Assembly: GCA_029865195.1 (NCBI GenBank)
Contig: JAOUHH010000001.1
Location: 1-42,050 of the forward strand
Reading direction: 5' to 3'
DNA from: Desulfobulbaceae bacterium
GTDB taxonomy: Bacteria > Desulfobacterota > Desulfobulbia > Desulfobulbales > UBA5123
DNA: 42,050 nucleotides
The translations under genes were made by a program, and so were the position numbers. Below, one piece after another: positions 33,744 to 42,050 of the stretch. The notes under the pieces were generated by a model. It saw only the letters and a list, made by a program, of their open reading frames with translations. It did not search any database and was not told the origin of the DNA. How positions within the stretch are numbered: position 1 is the first letter of the stretch; every line of letters starts with the position of its first letter.

Positions 33744-36700
33744 CGCACCACCGTATGCCTAAATTTCAAAAACCTTTGCCCATGCACCACCTTGGAGTGC
33801 ATCTTGCCGTCTTTCCCCGGCACCAGATCCCAACCGCCTTTTTTAAGCAGCGGCAGGTCGTTCTTGAGCCTGGCGCCCAACTTTGCCCCGGTGTCATAGG
33901 GGTTGTGCTTGCCGTTGTTGCGGCAGAATCGGTCGAACACCAGGGCCAGTTCCTTGCTGGTCGTCTCAAACTCGATGTGGCTGGTCGTGCAGTCGTTTTC
34001 GGTGTCGTACACCGGCTTGGTCTTCACCATATCCAGGCCGTATTCCGGATGCGTCCACTCAAACACCGGCTCGTCGTAGCCGATTTTGTCTTTCAGTGGC
34101 AGGCTCAACTCCCGCATCTTGAGCATGTATTCCCGCACCACGCCGTCCAACAGCTTCAGGATGTTATTGCTGCCGATCTCGGTGTCCTTGGCCTTGGTGT
34201 TCTGGTAGTCGATCCACGCCTTGCGGATCTCCTTTTCGCCGGTCTCAATGCCGTGCCGGAAATCGTCCTCGCCGTAAAACGGCATGTGCGGCAGGGTCTT
34301 TTCGAGCAGCAGCATCATCAGCGCCCAGAACTCGTTCATCCGGTCCTTGGAGTGGCCCCGGTACTCTTTCTGCAGGATGGTGATGTATTCCCGGCGCCGG
34401 GCCAGGTTGGGCAGTATCTCTTTCTGAATCAGCTTGATAAACGCCGAGAGGATCAGATCGCGCTTTTTCACCAGCGCCCTGGTCACCTCGTCTTCGATAA
34501 AGTCGTCGCTCTGCCATTCTTTGCCGAACTCGATGTCCACCGTCCGGTTGATCAACTCCGGCTTGGTGAACGGCTCGATGGCGGTGATCAGCACCAGCGC
34601 CCGCGGGCTTTCCTCTGTGGTGTCGCTTTCGGTGCCGCCGGCGCGTTTGGATTTCTGGCCCCTGGTGGCGGCCAGCAACAGAAATTTGAGGATGGATTTG
34701 GTAACGTCGTCGCTTTCGAGGTTGTCGATCACCAGGATGGGGTTTTGCGCGGCCATGGAGTAAGCCGCCGCCGCGCTCGGGTCTTCGAGGTGGCCGTCGC
34801 CGTACAGCAACACGGTGATCAGCTTGGCCGCGGTACTCTTGCCGCAGCCGCTGCCGCCTGAAAACTTCATGTGGCCCTGGCTCGATACCAGATCGAGCAG
34901 CACAAAGGTGAGCAGCCAGCAGGTGATCAGGTAGCGCTGCTCCGGCGCGCAGGTGAAGGCGTCCTGCACCAGTTCCTTGTAGGCGACAAACCCCTCATGG
35001 ATATCGGCATCGGGCCGGAAGTTGAACGGCTGGATCTTCTTGCTGCTCTGCAGGAGGACCGAATCTTCGTTGAGCCCGTTGGGGATCTCGCTTATCCCGC
35101 CCTTTGCCGACATCTTGATGATGGTGTTGCCCGGTGAATTCAGGTTGATGAAGATCGAGTCGGTGGCCAGATCGGTATGCACCCACCGGGCCACGTCGAT
35201 CTTGCGGCCGGCGTTGTAGCCCTCGCTGGCCAGCGATTCCCACACACTCGGCCCCGGCGCCAGGTTGGGCAGCAGCATGGTGTGGCGTTTCATCAGGGCG
35301 TTGAATGGCCGGTTGTTGCCCACTTCATAAATCTGGTGGTTCAGGAGCAGATACACCTTGTTGGCCGCATTCCAGAAAAACCGGCCATCCCTGGCCATCT
35401 CCTTGTAGATGATCGCGGCCAGGGCGTTCGGCTCGACGTTCTTGGGCCCGCCCATGTTCTCGATATAGACACTCACCAGCCGCCGGAGCTCCAGGCCGTT
35501 TTCAATCTGGTGGCGGATCCCTTTTTCGGTGAAGCCGATGCCCTCCATCTTTTCGATGTATATCTGCTGCTGAACATCCGCCTCGGTGGCCACCAGCCGG
35601 AACACCTCCATCTCTTTCAGGTGGTCGAACCGTTCCTCAAGGGTCGCCAGCCGCCCGGCCCGGCCGATCTCCCATGTGAGATAGTCGACCGCCTCGTCCA
35701 TCAGCCGCTTGATCTCCTTGCGCCGGTCGCCCTCGAAGCCGCGCAGGTAGTCGTCCGGGTCTTTCACGGTGTCGGGGTAGGTGATCACCCGGACGTTTAT
35801 CTCCGGCATCAGCGCCCGGCATATCTTCCGCACGTAGCCGATCCCCTTGGCAAACGGCTTGCCCGGTTCCTCGTCGTTGTCCATCCAGAGGTAGAGCTTT
35901 TTGCCCCTGCAGGCGCTCTTGAGGTGTTTGATCTGCTCGTCGCTGATCTGGCCGATCATGCCGACCACGTTCTTGGTCTTGGTGTCGATCACCGAGAGCG
36001 TGTCGTCCTCGCCCTCAACCAGGATGAGCTCCTGGAACTTCTCCATGGCCTCCTGGTTGTAGAACCGCCACTGCTTGTGCCGTTTCTCGGCCGGCAGCTG
36101 GTAGGCAAGTTTCTTGGCCGGGTCTTTCATGGTGAAATGCAGCACCCGCCCGCGCTCGATGTGGGGGTAAATCGCCAACCCCTTGCCGAAAAAGTCGAGC
36201 ACCCTGGCCGCGCCTTCAATATCCTTTTCGCGGGCCAGCCCGGCGTCGATGATCTCGGCCGGGGTGTAGCCCTTGCTCTGCAGGTGGTCGATCAGCTGGC
36301 CGTCCGACCAGCCAACCTTCATGGCCTTGAGCACCTCCATGTCGTGGCCGCGGGTCTCGGTGAGGTATGCCTTGCCGCCGTTCACCAGCATGTGGCCGTG
36401 GTAGTAGTCGGCGGCATCGAGCATCAACTTGTCGCGGCGGCTCAAACGCACTTCCGGGGCCTTCTTGCGCTCGGTGAGGGCAATGCCTGCCAACCCGGCG
36501 GCCATCTTGAGCGCCTCGCCCTTGTCCAGGCTGTGAAACAGTTCCAGAAAGGTGAACACGTCGCCGCCCGCACCGCACTGAAAGCACTTGAACAGCTGCT
36601 CGTTGTCCTGGATGGAAAAACACCCATGCCCGCTACACATCGGGCACTGCTCAAGGTGCTTTCCCTTCATCTGAAAACCGGACTCGGCAGTAATGACGGC

Positions 36701-36745
36701 CTTGATGTTCAGCGCCGGCTTGACAAGTTCAAAGTCGCTGCTCAT
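33740..36745 (-). CDS. Primase-helicase: CHC2 zinc finger, TOPRIM and P-loop NTPase domains
   Basis: 'CPMCSGHGCFSI...FKCFQCGAGGDVFTF' is a DnaG-type zinc finger. 'ILVEGEDDTLSV' is TOPRIM. 'GGSGCGKST' is Walker A and 'ILVIDNLESDD' is Walker B. Confidence 0.9.
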   Translation of the reverse strand: MSSDFELVKPALNIKAVITAESGFQMKGKHLEQCPMCSGHGCFSIQDNEQLFKCFQCGAGGDVFTFLELFHSLDKGEALKMAAGLAGIALTERKKAPEVRLSRRDKLMLDAADYYHGHMLVNGGKAYLTETRGHDMEVLKAMKVGWSDGQLIDHLQSKGYTPAEIIDAGLAREKDIEGAARVLDFFGKGLAIYPHIERGRVLHFTMKDPAKKLAYQLPAEKRHKQWRFYNQEAMEKFQELILVEGEDDTLSVIDTKTKNVVGMIGQISDEQIKHLKSACRGKKLYLWMDNDEEPGKPFAKGIGYVRKICRALMPEINVRVITYPDTVKDPDDYLRGFEGDRRKEIKRLMDEAVDYLTWEIGRAGRLATLEERFDHLKEMEVFRLVATEADVQQQIYIEKMEGIGFTEKGIRHQIENGLELRRLVSVYIENMGGPKNVEPNALAAIIYKEMARDGRFFWNAANKVYLLLNHQIYEVGNNRPFNALMKRHTMLLPNLAPGPSVWESLASEGYNAGRKIDVARWVHTDLATDSIFINLNSPGNTIIKMSAKGGISEIPNGLNEDSVLLQSSKKIQPFNFRPDADIHEGFVAYKELVQDAFTCAPEQRYLITCWLLTFVLLDLVSSQGHMKFSGGSGCGKSTAAKLITVLLYGDGHLEDPSAAAAYSMAAQNPILVIDNLESDDVTKSILKFLLLAATRGQKSKRAGGTESDTTEESPRALVLITAIEPFTKPELINRTVDIEFGKEWQSDDFIEDEVTRALVKKRDLILSAFIKLIQKEILPNLARRREYITILQKEYRGHSKDRMNEFWALMMLLLEKTLPHMPFYGEDDFRHGIETGEKEIRKAWIDYQNTKAKDTEIGSNNILKLLDGVVREYMLKMRELSLPLKDKIGYDEPVFEWTHPEYGLDMVKTKPVYDTENDCTTSHIEFETTSKELALVFDRFCRNNGKHNPYDTGAKLGARLKNDLPLLKKGGWDLVPGKDGKMHSKVVHGQRFLKFRHTVVR

Positions 36746-36748
36746 TGG

Positions 36749-36931
36749 TTATGCCTTTGTTTGTTGCTTTTGGAAGTTGACCCCGGCATCGAATACCTTT
36801 TTGAACTCTCGCACCATGTCTTCGGGGTCTTGTTCACACCACCACTCGACAACCTTTTTGCCGTCAACGGAGATGGCGATGTAGTTCTCGCGGTCGTCAT
36901 ATTCGTGGGTGATTGCAGGTTCGTCGCTCAT
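36749..36931 (-). CDS. Hypothetical small acidic protein
   Basis: 60-aa ORF in operon context. Confidence 0.4.
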   Translation of the reverse strand: MSDEPAITHEYDDRENYIAISVDGKKVVEWWCEQDPEDMVREFKKVFDAGVNFQKQQTKA

Positions 36932-36934
36932 TGG

Positions 36935-37099
36935 TTATCTCACCGAACATTTCAATTTGCGGCGGGCCTTTCTGGCTTTAGCTTGCCGTTGTTGTTTGCT
37001 TGCCTTGGGGGCCGGGGCGGCGGTGTATGTTGCCTTATACGGCCAATGGCCGAAGAGGCGCTGAAGGAAAGATGGCTGTTGTTTGAGGTTGGTGCTCAT
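36935..37099 (-). CDS. Possible 54-aa highly basic peptide (below the ORF-track cut-off)
   Basis: Hand translation gives MSTNLKQQPSFLQRLFGHWPYK...KARRKLKCSVR. It fills an otherwise empty gap. Confidence 0.25.
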   Translation of the reverse strand: MSTNLKQQPSFLQRLFGHWPYKATYTAAPAPKASKQQRQAKARKARRKLKCSVR

Positions 37100-37111
37100 T
37101 GGTGTTGCTCC

Positions 37112-37345
37112 CTAGAAGTGTCTGTTGGCTCGCCGCGCCGCCTTTGCTAATTGTTGTTTCTTTTTTCTGCGCCCCGCAGCCCACTTTGATAGTTGTCCGC
37201 CAGAGGTTTTGCTGACCGTTGCTTCTGGCCTTCCAGCAAGTACCCGCCGTGCGGCACGATTAAGGTGTTGTGGGACGGGTTCGTAGCCGTCCATGTTTCC
37301 TTCGAAGAGTGCCCGGTCGACAATGTGGTTTGTTGAAGTGTTCAT
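37112..37345 (-). CDS. Hypothetical basic protein
   Basis: 77-aa ORF in operon context. Confidence 0.4.
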   Translation of the reverse strand: MNTSTNHIVDRALFEGNMDGYEPVPQHLNRAARRVLAGRPEATVSKTSGGQLSKWAAGRRKKKQQLAKAARRANRHF

Positions 37346-37363
37346 GCCTTGTTGCCTCCTTGT

Positions 37364-37933
37364 CTACGCCGCATTCCGCAGCTTTTCGTCTCGTTGCAGC
37401 TGTTCGGCCACCGGGGTGTATTTCTCCCCATGCAGTCCCATGAAGGCCAGATGCGCCTGGACTTCGATCAGCCAAAGCCGTTGGGTCTGGGTGGCGCGGG
37501 CAATCTCCACATACTTGCCGCGCCTGCCGCGATCCATGTATTCGTCAATCTCGCCGGAAAGGTTCCCCAGGATCAGGTAGAGCCAGATCGGGTAAAGGGT
37601 GGTGCTGAGTTTGTCGGGCCGGAACAGGCGCGAGAGCGGCATGCCGTGCCTGCCGGCATGGTGTCGGCTGTGGCCGAGGATCTCCACCGCCACCTTGTTG
37701 CCGAACGCGCCAAACCGCCGCCACCATGCCGCGATCCGCTCCGGGTGTTCCTCGCCCTCGTCGCCGTCCATGTTGGGGCTGCCCCAATAGCCGAGATCGT
37801 GGGTGATGATCGCCGCCCATTCGTGCAGCCGCGGCCATTGCCGGTAGAGGATCAACCAAGCCCACGCCACCAGCACCGGGTGGATGATGAATTGATGAAC
37901 GCCGAAAAGAACCGAGCGGGTGCCTATTTTCAT
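37364..37933 (-). CDS. Hypothetical protein with HD-like histidine/aspartate motifs
   Basis: 'ITHDLGYWG', 'EEHPER' and 'GHSRHHAG'. The functional guess is weak. Confidence 0.45.
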   Translation of the reverse strand: MKIGTRSVLFGVHQFIIHPVLVAWAWLILYRQWPRLHEWAAIITHDLGYWGSPNMDGDEGEEHPERIAAWWRRFGAFGNKVAVEILGHSRHHAGRHGMPLSRLFRPDKLSTTLYPIWLYLILGNLSGEIDEYMDRGRRGKYVEIARATQTQRLWLIEVQAHLAFMGLHGEKYTPVAEQLQRDEKLRNAA

Positions 37934-37951
37934 CGCGAGGCCCTCTTGTCT

Positions 37952-38152
37952 TTAATTGTCGAGTTCGATTTCGGCACTATCGGCCACACGGTATTCGTGG
38001 CCGCAATCATCACAGTTCGTAACCTCGCCCCGTGGATCTCCAACCCACCCGCGCTGTTCACGTCCACAATGTGGGCAGCGGACCATTTGGGTCTCTGCGT
38101 AGATTACTTCGGCCTCTTTCATTTTCTTTTGTGTCTCGCTCATGCGCGTCAT
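37952..38152 (-). CDS. Zinc-ribbon small protein
   Basis: 'CPHCGRE...CDDCGHE'. Confidence 0.5.
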   Translation of the reverse strand: MTRMSETQKKMKEAEVIYAETQMVRCPHCGREQRGWVGDPRGEVTNCDDCGHEYRVADSAEIELDN

Positions 38153-38173
38153 GCCTCCTGTTGTGAGTCGCCA

Positions 38174-38392
38174 TTAAAACGGCACCCATTCATTGCCAAA
38201 TCTTTCTGCATATATTTTCTTTCCAGCATTGAGCATTCCATACAAACGGTCGCCGGTTGGTTTGTGCTTCAATGAGAAGTTCCTAGCAAGATGCCCCATC
38301 TCGTCGATAGCCTCATAGGCTTCTTTCTTTGTGGCCTTACCAAGAAACCGCCGCCACCCTTCTTCCGTTTCCATCTCGACTTTACATGCCAT
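38174..38392 (-). CDS. Hypothetical small protein
   Basis: 72-aa ORF in operon context. Confidence 0.4.
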   Translation of the reverse strand: MACKVEMETEEGWRRFLGKATKKEAYEAIDEMGHLARNFSLKHKPTGDRLYGMLNAGKKIYAERFGNEWVPF

Positions 38393-38404
38393 ATCTCGCC
38401 ACCC

Positions 38405-38611
38405 TTACATCTGATCCCTGATCCCAATCGCGCAGGGCATCACCACCGTGATCACCTTGCCGACTTCCGGCTCACCGCAGATCAGGTCGCGGTGTGCCTC
38501 AATGATTGGCGCTGTTGCCCCAGGCCCCAGCGCCACGGCCCATGTGTCCGGCCCGGTGATTGCCACACCGGAGATCACGAAATCCTGAGTGGCGATAACC
38601 TCGGCCATCAA
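38405..38611 (-). CDS. Hypothetical small protein
   Basis: ATGA coupling with the upstream gene. Confidence 0.4.
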   Translation of the reverse strand: MMAEVIATQDFVISGVAITGPDTWAVALGPGATAPIIEAHRDLICGEPEVGKVITVVMPCAIGIRDQM

Positions 38612-39201
38612 AACCCCTCCACGATGCGGCTGCGGTGTATAATGGGCCGCACCTCGCCGGTGCTGGCTCCATACTCGTCCTCGCCGTGCCCTTGCTGCAT
38701 GTAGCCTTTCACCTCAACGACCATGTCGCGCAGCATCCCTGCCACCAGTTGGCCGTCAAGCGCCCATACGTCAAAATCTTCCTCCTGGGCGTCGTGTCCG
38801 GCCTGGCCGGGGCGCGAAAGGTGCAGGGAGAGCCGCCACTTGTCGCCGATCTGGGCCAAGTCCGTCACCTTGCCGACCAGCACGAAAGCGGCGCGAGGTG
38901 GCTGATCGGGCGCCGGTTCCCATCCATAAAAGGTGAAGTTGCTCATAATCTCTTCGCGGGCCTCATACTGGCCGAAGTACCCACGCATCCGCACGACTTG
39001 GTCGGGGTGGTCGCCGTGGTGGTCGATCAGGCCGTCGATCTTCTCCGCGCCGAATATCCGGCCATAGGCCCGCACCGATCCATGCTTGCCGGAGCAGTCG
39101 AGCGTCACCATCAGATACGGGGCGCCGTTTTGGGTACTCTTCCGCTCCAGTTCCTTGGTCCGGCCCCAGACGTTGCCTGCGTTAAAATGCTTTATTGCCA
39201 C
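38608..39201 (-). CDS. Hypothetical protein, possibly an OB-fold ssDNA-binding protein
   Basis: The N-terminus 'NAGNVWGRTKELERKSTQNGAPYLMVTL' resembles the first strands of SSB. Weak. Confidence 0.4.
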   Translation of the reverse strand: MAIKHFNAGNVWGRTKELERKSTQNGAPYLMVTLDCSGKHGSVRAYGRIFGAEKIDGLIDHHGDHPDQVVRMRGYFGQYEAREEIMSNFTFYGWEPAPDQPPRAAFVLVGKVTDLAQIGDKWRLSLHLSRPGQAGHDAQEEDFDVWALDGQLVAGMLRDMVVEVKGYMQQGHGEDEYGASTGEVRPIIHRSRIVEGF

Positions 39202-39388
39202 TGTCTCCCCCCTGGTTGAATAGGCTCATTTGCCCCTTGCCGGAGCGCTGTTTCTCGATGTCGCGGATGAATCCCATCGCCCGCCGTTGTCCCCGCATCC
39301 TCAACAACACCGCCGCCGCCCGCCGCTCGAATTCGTTCGCCTCGAGGCGGTCAAGTTCAATCTGGATGCTGGCGTCGGTGGTGGCCAT
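39182..39388 (-). CDS. Hypothetical small protein
   Basis: 68-aa ORF in operon context. Confidence 0.4.
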   Translation of the reverse strand: MATTDASIQIELDRLEANEFERRAAAVLLRMRGQRRAMGFIRDIEKQRSGKGQMSLFNQGGDSGNKAF

Positions 39389-39391
39389 TGG

Positions 39392-39706
39392 TTATGCCGC
39401 CTTTTTGTTCCAGAAAGGGTGCCAGTACCTGCTGGTGTCATACTTGTGAACTGCGAGGACTGTGACAATAGCGTCTTCGCTTTGGTTGTTGTTTATATCC
39501 TTTGCCAGAAAGTCTCGTATTACCGCCCACGACACATCATCACCATCACACGTCAGGCTTTGTTGGCCGTAAACGATGAAATCCATTTTGCTTGTCGTCC
39601 AGGTGTATGAAACATCAAGCGAACTCTTTTTTATGGTGCAGTAATTTTGAAAGAGAACGACCAGTATGAATGCGGCCAACCAAACCCAAAACACATCAAT
39701 TTTCAT
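39392..39706 (-). CDS. Membrane-anchored small protein, AT-richer cargo gene (start refined to MKIDVFWV)
   Basis: GGAGG lies 7 nt upstream of the ATG at 39704-39706. N-terminal transmembrane helix 'VFWVWLAAFILVVLF'. Confidence 0.5.
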   Translation of the reverse strand: MKIDVFWVWLAAFILVVLFQNYCTIKKSSLDVSYTWTTSKMDFIVYGQQSLTCDGDDVSWAVIRDFLAKDINNNQSEDAIVTVLAVHKYDTSRYWHPFWNKKAA

Positions 39707-39745
39707 GCAAAATCCTCCAGTTAATAATTCCATTGAAATGAACCC

Positions 39746-40381
39746 TCAAATCCCTCCCACCCGCTCCATCTGTTCCTTGGTCGGCTTGGTGTAGATCATG
39801 GTTGATGAAAACGCCTTGTGACGGAGTTGCTCGGCGCAAAATTGCAGTTTTTGCTGCTGTTCTTCCGGCAGCAGGTTGATCAGGTCGGCGATGATCCGGT
39901 GCGCCTTCGTGTGCCGCAGGGCATGCGGGGTGTAGATGTTGATCCCCGCCTCGCGGCACCAGTTCCCCATCAGGTCGTTAAAGGTCCGCGCCCCGATCCG
40001 TCCGCCCTTCTTGCTCACAAAGAGCGGGGCGTCGGCGGCCAGGCTTTCGCCCCATGTCCGCTTGCGGCGCAGGTGCGCGGCCAGAATCTCGCGCAGGTCT
40101 TTGTTCATGTAAACGGCGCCGGTCGCTCCCTTCTTGGCGATCCGCTCGTCGACCACCAGCTGGTTCTTGATGGTCACGCCGTTGTCGGTTACGTCGCCCA
40201 CGTTCAGGGCGATGGCCTCGCCGCGCCGCAGGGCGGTGTGGCGGCACATCTTGAGCAGGGCGAAGTCGCGCTCCGCCTGCTTGCCCTTGCGGCCTTTGAT
40301 GGTCGCAAAGAGCGCTTTTTCTTCCGCCTCGGTCAGGTAGTTTTCCCCGGCCCTGGTCTGGATAGGGTTGTTCATGGTCAT
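39746..40381 (-). CDS. Third, small (211 aa) tyrosine recombinase without an N-terminal core-binding domain
   Basis: 'TALRRGEAIAL', 'HALRHTKAH' and 'LRHKAFSSTMIYT'. GGGAGG precedes the ATG at 40379-40381. Confidence 0.8.
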   Translation of the reverse strand: MTMNNPIQTRAGENYLTEAEEKALFATIKGRKGKQAERDFALLKMCRHTALRRGEAIALNVGDVTDNGVTIKNQLVVDERIAKKGATGAVYMNKDLREILAAHLRRKRTWGESLAADAPLFVSKKGGRIGARTFNDLMGNWCREAGINIYTPHALRHTKAHRIIADLINLLPEEQQQKLQFCAEQLRHKAFSSTMIYTKPTKEQMERVGGI

Positions 40382-40683
40382 GGATTGCCTCCCGTTGCTG
40401 TTGGTTGTGCCTCGAAGGTCTCGCGGGGCAGGCGGCGAGGCATACCGCTTTTCGGGGCGCACTCCCTATCCCCGCGATTCCAGATGATGAACCCGACCAC
40501 CGACGTGGCCAGATAAAAGCAAAAAAGAGCCACCGCCGGCCAGTTGCCGACCCGGTAAAACGCGCCGATCCAGCCGATGTTGGCGAATATCCACACACCC
40601 TGCCCACTGCGGCGGCGGGCCATATTGAGCACCGCGCCGGTCATGCTGAGTCCGGTGAGCATCCAGGTCGGCTCAAGAGGCAT
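40378..40683 (-). CDS. Small integral membrane protein (about 3 TM helices)
   Basis: Hydrophobic segments with conserved Trp and Gly residues. ATGA coupling to the recombinase gene. Confidence 0.45.
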   Translation of the reverse strand: MPLEPTWMLTGLSMTGAVLNMARRRSGQGVWIFANIGWIGAFYRVGNWPAVALFCFYLATSVVGFIIWNRGDRECAPKSGMPRRLPRETFEAQPTATGGNP

Positions 40684-40882
40684 AATTGCCTCCCTCGCCG
40701 CAGCGCCACCGCCCGTCTTTCACCGTATTGGCGAACGGGCATGGCTGTTTGCAGGCGTCGCAGTCTTGCTGTGACGGCAGGTTTTTGCGCTTGCCTCCCA
40801 CCGGGCAGCGGCGGGGACGGTAGGCGGGTGGGTTGGCGGCCGACGGGGCGTTGATGTGGCCGATGATGGTTGCTTGGGTCAT
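40673..40882 (-). CDS. Cys-rich small protein
   Basis: 'CPVGG...CDACKQPCP...RWRCG'. Confidence 0.4.
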   Translation of the reverse strand: MTQATIIGHINAPSAANPPAYRPRRCPVGGKRKNLPSQQDCDACKQPCPFANTVKDGRWRCGEGGNYAS

Positions 40883-41037
40883 GGCATCACCTTGAAGTTG
40901 ATGCCGGCCACCAGTTCAGGCGGGCATGCTGGTTGGGCCGCCCACAACAAGAGATAGGCGGAGCCGAGCACGGCGGCGATGATCACCGCCGCAAATAAAC
41001 CCGCCGCCGCGGTCTTGATGCTGTCGGCCCCGCTCAT
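40879..41037 (-). CDS. 52-aa single-TM peptide (below the ORF-track cut-off)
   Basis: Hand translation gives MSGADSIKTAAAGLFAAVIIAAVLGSAYLLLWAAQ... ATGA overlaps occur at both ends. Confidence 0.35.
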   Translation of the reverse strand: MSGADSIKTAAAGLFAAVIIAAVLGSAYLLLWAAQPACPPELVAGINFKVMP

Positions 41038-41237
41038 GCGGCCACCGCCTGGGGCAATCCGCCCCTGCGCTGGCCGGTGAGGTGTTTGTTGTACTGGCGC
41101 TCAAGAAACGCCAAGGCGAGGTTGATGGTCGAAGGGGTGCAGCCCCGTTGGCACAGGTTGCGGGTGAGGGCCTTGGCGCGGCGAAGTGCCGCTGCTTCCT
41201 GGTCGAATTCGTGAGATGTTTTATGCGCGTTTGCCAT
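41034..41237 (-). CDS. Hypothetical small protein
   Basis: 67-aa ORF in operon context. Confidence 0.4.
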   Translation of the reverse strand: MANAHKTSHEFDQEAAALRRAKALTRNLCQRGCTPSTINLALAFLERQYNKHLTGQRRGGLPQAVAA

Positions 41238-41433
41238 GGTGTTGTGCCTCCAGTTGCTGTTGGTTGTGCCTGGTCAGGGCGTCTGTGTTTCCCGCGTTGA
41301 TTTCGGCGGCCAGCATCTTGACTTTGAACAGGTCCATCGCCGCCTCTTCCTTGCGGAGGACCATCGCCGCAAGGGTCTGGCTAAGTTCGGCGACCTTCCT
41401 TTCAAGTGCTTCGATGCGGGCCATGTCGCTCAC
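41221..41433 (-). CDS. Hypothetical coiled-coil protein
   Basis: 'IEALERKVAELSQTLAAM'. ATGA coupling to the CII-like gene. Confidence 0.4.
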   Translation of the reverse strand: MSDMARIEALERKVAELSQTLAAMVLRKEEAAMDLFKVKMLAAEINAGNTDALTRHNQQQLEAQHHGKRA

Positions 41434-41942
41434 GGTAACTTTCCCCCGTTGTCGGCGGCGCAGCGTACCGAGTGGATGTACGCCATGGTCTGCCGGACAA
41501 GGTCCATCCCCTCTTTTTCGATGGCCGCCGCGTCCTTGTGTGAGGCGTGGCCGTCGGCCAGCCTTTGGCTTGCAGCCTGAGTGAGGTCGCTGAACTCCTT
41601 GATGGTCTTGAGCAGTTCCTTGTTGAGGGCCTCAAGGCACTTGGGCGCGGTCGGCAGCGGCAGGGCGATATGGTCGACGGCGTGGCAGATGTGGTACAGG
41701 GCCGCGAAATTCTGAGACAGCCGCAAAGTGGGGATGAATCTCCCGAGTTGGAACTCAAGTTCTGGAATGTTCGGATTGACCGAGTTGGCCAGTGTTGAGT
41801 AGCTGCACCCAAGTTCCTCGGCCATGGCCTTCATTGGTGTGTTGCCGTGGTGAACGGTTTCGTACAGCGCCTCTTTCAGGGTCGAGTAGCGCACGGTGTT
41901 GAACGGGCTGCCTGCGTATGGGTTTCTGGTTGCATCGCTCAT
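41430..41942 (-). CDS. Phage 186 CII-type (CP76 family) regulatory protein
   Basis: 'MKAMAEELGCSYSTLANSVNPNIPELEFQLGRFIPTLRLSQNFAALYHICHAVDHIALPLP' parallels my recollection of 186 CII 'MAKLAERAGMNVQTLRNKLNPEQPHQF...'. Confidence 0.65.
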   Translation of the reverse strand: MSDATRNPYAGSPFNTVRYSTLKEALYETVHHGNTPMKAMAEELGCSYSTLANSVNPNIPELEFQLGRFIPTLRLSQNFAALYHICHAVDHIALPLPTAPKCLEALNKELLKTIKEFSDLTQAASQRLADGHASHKDAAAIEKEGMDLVRQTMAYIHSVRCAADNGGKLP

Positions 41943-42030
41943 GGTAGAAATCCTGTGTTCGGTTCTACTTTTATATGTTGAACTGCTTGGTTACACTCGA
42001 TAGTGAGGCGTTGGTGTAGTTGCCGTGGCG

Positions 42031-42044
42031 CTCACCGCACATTT
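42031..42044. promoter_or_regulatory. Third copy of the 14-mer (CTCACCGCACATTT, one mismatch), upstream of the CII-like gene
   Basis: Read directly. It lies about 90-100 bp upstream of the start at 41942. Confidence 0.4.
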
Positions 42045-42050
42045 GTCCTT

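Larger units (their letters stand above)
1..42050. mobile_element. Temperate contractile-tailed phage (prophage or permuted phage genome) filling the whole window
   Basis: Complete lysogeny, replication, packaging, head, lysis and tail modules are present. No host housekeeping genes were seen. Confidence 0.85.

Overview
The whole window is phage DNA: a high-GC temperate phage with a contractile tail, either an integrated prophage or a circularly permuted phage genome. I saw no bacterial housekeeping genes. Nearly all real genes are on the minus strand; the long plus-strand ORFs opposite them are high-GC shadow ORFs.

Layout:
- 1-3530: lysogeny module. It holds a Cro-like gene, a divergent XRE/cI-like repressor, three cargo genes including a lipoprotein, a tyrosine integrase, and a 3' fragment of tRNA-Arg(CCU) that looks like the att core.
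- 3596-15431 (minus): Mu/FluMu-type tail and baseplate module, from tail fibre to sheath.
- 15428-16765: lysis cassette with a GH108 endolysin.
- 16762-21086: head module.
- 21274-23483: accessory island. It holds a P22-type antirepressor with its own promoter, operator and structured leader, plus a visibly AT-richer convergent gene pair.
- 23515-28043: portal-MuF fusion and terminase.
- 28168-30109: AT-richer cluster of six small proteins, three of them Cys-rich.
- 30106-31384: Mor-like activator and a second, Xer-like tyrosine recombinase.
- 31385-32158: about 770 bp of non-coding DNA with iterons and an AT-rich tract, a candidate origin.
- 32159-36745: a protein with C5-methyltransferase-like motifs, a frameshift-split PAPS-reductase-like gene, and a 1001-aa primase-helicase.
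- 36749-41942: early-gene cluster with a third, small tyrosine recombinase and a phage-186-type CII regulator.

Observations most worth a second look:
- the candidate DNA-modification pair at 32.2-33.7 kb;
- a 14-bp motif and its palindromes recurring at three regulatory regions;
- a 45-bp element shared by the two late operons;
- the iteron origin next to a recombinase and a lox/dif-like site;
- the antirepressor control region;
- the AT-rich cargo islands.

All functional calls come from reading motifs by eye. No database search was run.
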